Shown here piece after piece: positions 32,020-34,417 of a stretch of 34,417 nucleotides of DNA (position 1 is the stretch's first letter; every line of letters starts with the position of its first letter). The stretch lies in NCBI RefSeq assembly GCF_001194135.2, contig NC_068989.1:81569887-81604303 (forward strand), read 5' to 3'. A model generated the notes under the pieces. It ran no database searches, was not told where the DNA came from, and was given only the letters and a program-made list of their open reading frames with translations. This DNA comes from Octopus bimaculoides. Taxonomy: Eukaryota. Made by a program: the position numbers and the translations under genes.

Positions 32020-32742
32020 CCATTTTAATTGTTACAGGAAAGACATGACCAAGGAGAGGGTTCCAAAAGGACAATATTTTAAGGGACCAGACATAAAGAC
32101 TAGTGCAGAGTTAAGAGGAACTGGATGCAATAAGAGATGGCGAGACAAAAGGATCTTAGATGTCAAAGAAGTGGAGGTATGAGACCAGCCAGCTCTGAGG
32201 AGCATTGGCCATTAAAGTGGCAATAGAAAAGACAGAGAGGGGATAGTATATCTGTGAGCATGAGGCCAGAACAAGTCCATTATAGATTGAATGCCAATCA
32301 GTCAAGTGGTCCAGGATATCTTTTTGCATAACAGCAGTACCATTCCAAATATGAGAGCAGTACTCTATTGTGAACAAGGCCATCTTAGCAGCATTATAAG
32401 CCTCTTAGTAAATCAGTGCACTGGACTCTGTAGTATTTATGTATTGACAGCAAGCCACAGCATACATGGATCAGACTTGGACCTCTAGACTCATGAGACT
32501 GACCAGGCAACTGTCTTACGTGACTATGCCTTAAAGTGGCACTGATTGTGGGCTTCACTTGGGCTTTGTAAAGTGTCAGCGACTGTTGGGAACCGAAATA
32601 TTTTCTGACCTTGAAGAGGAAAGGCTTCTCTTTGGGATATAGTTCTAGTTATGTTAAGGATGCATTTTTTTGCCAAGAGGGATCCTTTGTGATTGTGCAG
32701 CTCAGTATTTGAAGTATCTGTTGGGGTCCTGAGTGCTGCTTG

Positions 32743-32775
<33 letters not shown>

Positions 32776-33055
32776 TTTGGGTGGGTGCAGTAAAAGACAA
32801 AATTGGTTTGGACTCACTGCAATACAGGCTTAGCATACGGTGCCTAAGATTCGTGTGAATGATGCATGGTCGAAGAAAGTTAAGCTGTGTCATCACTTGA
32901 GTAAGAGTGGACATTGTTGGACGTAGAGATAAGTCATTGATGTATAGAAGGGAGAGACTGGCGGAAAAGAAGCCAGAAACCAGAGTTGAGTGAGTGGGTG
33001 ACAGAAAGACCCCTGTCAGCACAAGCAATGATGCTGCAATCTGATTAGAAGTTAC
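32020..33055 (-). mobile_element. Degenerate CR1/Jockey-group LINE, RT to 3' end
   Basis: The minus strand gives GVFLSPT, LLYINDL, LSVFYCHFNGQCSSELAGLIPP (like SLFYRYYNG.CS.EL) and FWNPLLGHVFP (like LWNSLP..VFP). Interrupted by an A-tract near 32748-32773. Confidence 0.7.
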
Positions 33056-33065
33056 TGATCCCATA

Positions 33066-33243
33066 ACCCTCGATTCTAACCCTAACCCTAACCTTAACCA
33101 CAATCCCAACTCTAACCTCAGTGCTAACACTGACCCTAACTCGAACTCTAATTATAATCCTTATTCCAACCCTATTTCTAACAGTAACCCTAACCCTAAC
33201 CTTTTCTTTAACTCCAACCCCAATCCTAATCATAAACTTAACT
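33066..33243. repeat. Degenerate (CCCTAA)n hexamer array
   Basis: 6-nt periodic run with several exact ACCCTA units. It explains the V/R- and L/G-rich spurious ORFs here. Confidence 0.8.
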
Positions 33244-33399
33244 TTGAGCCAAATTTAAATTAATTTTTGAAATTTTTTTGAGGGAGCAATGTTTAATTTC
33301 CAAACCAGAGGGAAGGTTGTTAAAATGGTCACTGCTGAGGAAGGGAGGATACTAAAATGATCCACATATACTTCGCACAAAGCTGCCTGCCTTAATACT

Positions 33400-33640
33400 G
33401 CACCTCCACTTTGTCAAGGAGTCTTGTCTGGCAAGTTACTTGGAGACCCTGCTGATGACACATAAAAACAACCAGTGCACCCTGTAAAAGCATGCTGTTG
33501 TGGAATCCCAGCCAAAACAGACAATAGAGCTGGGAGCGGTCTTCTGGCTCACCAGCTCCTATCAAACTGTCTAACCCAATCCAGCATCAAAAGCAGATGG
33601 TAAATGATGATGATGAGGAGGAGGACGATGACGATAACGA
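33400..33640 (+). mobile_element. Degenerate RTE-type 3'UTR with (GAT/GAG/GAC)n tail
   Basis: CCAAAACAGAC...CTAACCCAATCCAGCATC...TAAATGATGATGATG. Confidence 0.6.
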
Positions 33641-33980
33641 CACTGGGCTGATGAGATAAATCAAACAATCAAAATTCAAATTTTGATGGTAACATCTACT
33701 CTAATCACATAAACCCTACTACTATATAGCAACACATACCAACATTACCTCATGTTGGAAACGAGAATGTGAAGGTATAAAAACATCAATGGCATGATGA
33801 TGAATTTACCATTCCAAACAAACTTATACGAAAATATGAAAAACCTTGATACAAAAGATAATACTAATTTCTTTGGACTACAACAAAGCTGGAGCACTGC
33901 ATTCAAAGGCAGTAAGTCAATCACATCAACTCCAGTACATATTTCAGTTTGATACTTTATCAATCTTATCTTATTGAATA

Positions 33981-34402
33981 TACTCTTTACTCTTTTACTC
34001 TTTTACTTGTTTCAGTCATTTGACTGCGGCCATGCTGGAGCACCGCCTTTAGTCGAGCAAATCAACCCCAGGACTTATTCTTTGTAAGTTTAGTACTTAC
34101 TCTATCAGTCTGTTTTGCAGAACTGCTAAGTTACGGGGATGTAAACACACCAGCATCAGTTGTCAAGTGATGTTGGGGAGGGGAACAACTACAGACACAC
34201 AAACAAACACACACTCATATATATACATATACGTATATACGATAGGCTTCTTTCAGTTTCCATCTACCAAATCCACTCACAAGGCTTTGGTCAGCCCGGG
34301 GCTATAGTAGAAGACACTTAACCAAGATGCCACGCAGTGGGACTGAACCCGGAACCATGTGGTTGATAAGCAAGCTACTTACCACACACCCACTCCTACG
34401 CC
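33981..34402 (-). mobile_element. SINE family A, full length, with (AAGAGTA)n-like tail
   Basis: Complete head, core and tail; collinear with 6440-6819. Confidence 0.9.
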
Positions 34403-34417
34403 TATATATATATATAT

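Noticed and set aside
33045-33233. V/R-rich ORF and the L/G-rich start of ORF 32702-33130
   Set aside because: Translation of the degenerate TTAGGG array.
33648-33666. CTGATGA-GATAAATC-AAAC hammerhead-like string
   Set aside because: Lacks the essential G of GAAA, and I found no stem I, stem III or NUH site.

Overview
AT-rich, repeat-dense animal DNA. The SINE families, RTE tails and microsatellite load suggest a coleoid cephalopod, probably Octopus (inference). The one protein-coding gene I can support is a complete six-coding-exon TMEM106B-like gene on the minus strand: 30750-30531, 19342-19279, 17015-16850, 13829-13639, 9510-9457 and 8888-8789. These join in frame with GT-AG introns into 795 nt, giving 264 aa. 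The rest is mostly transposon debris: tRNA-headed SINEs, RTE 3' ends, RTE/CR1-like RT remnants, a Gypsy gag-protease fragment, a Penelope-like remnant, two Tc1/mariner relics, TTAA- and hAT-type MITEs, microsatellites and two N gaps. I found no clearly new multi-gene system. The best leads are RNA structures inside the TMEM106B introns: a pri-miRNA-like hairpin that pairs best on the host strand, a hairpin with a triplicated arm, a decayed hammerhead-like motif, a long fold-back, and inverted MITEs bracketing the transmembrane exon. All translations and alignments were done by eye, and family assignments rest on recalled motifs rather than database searches.
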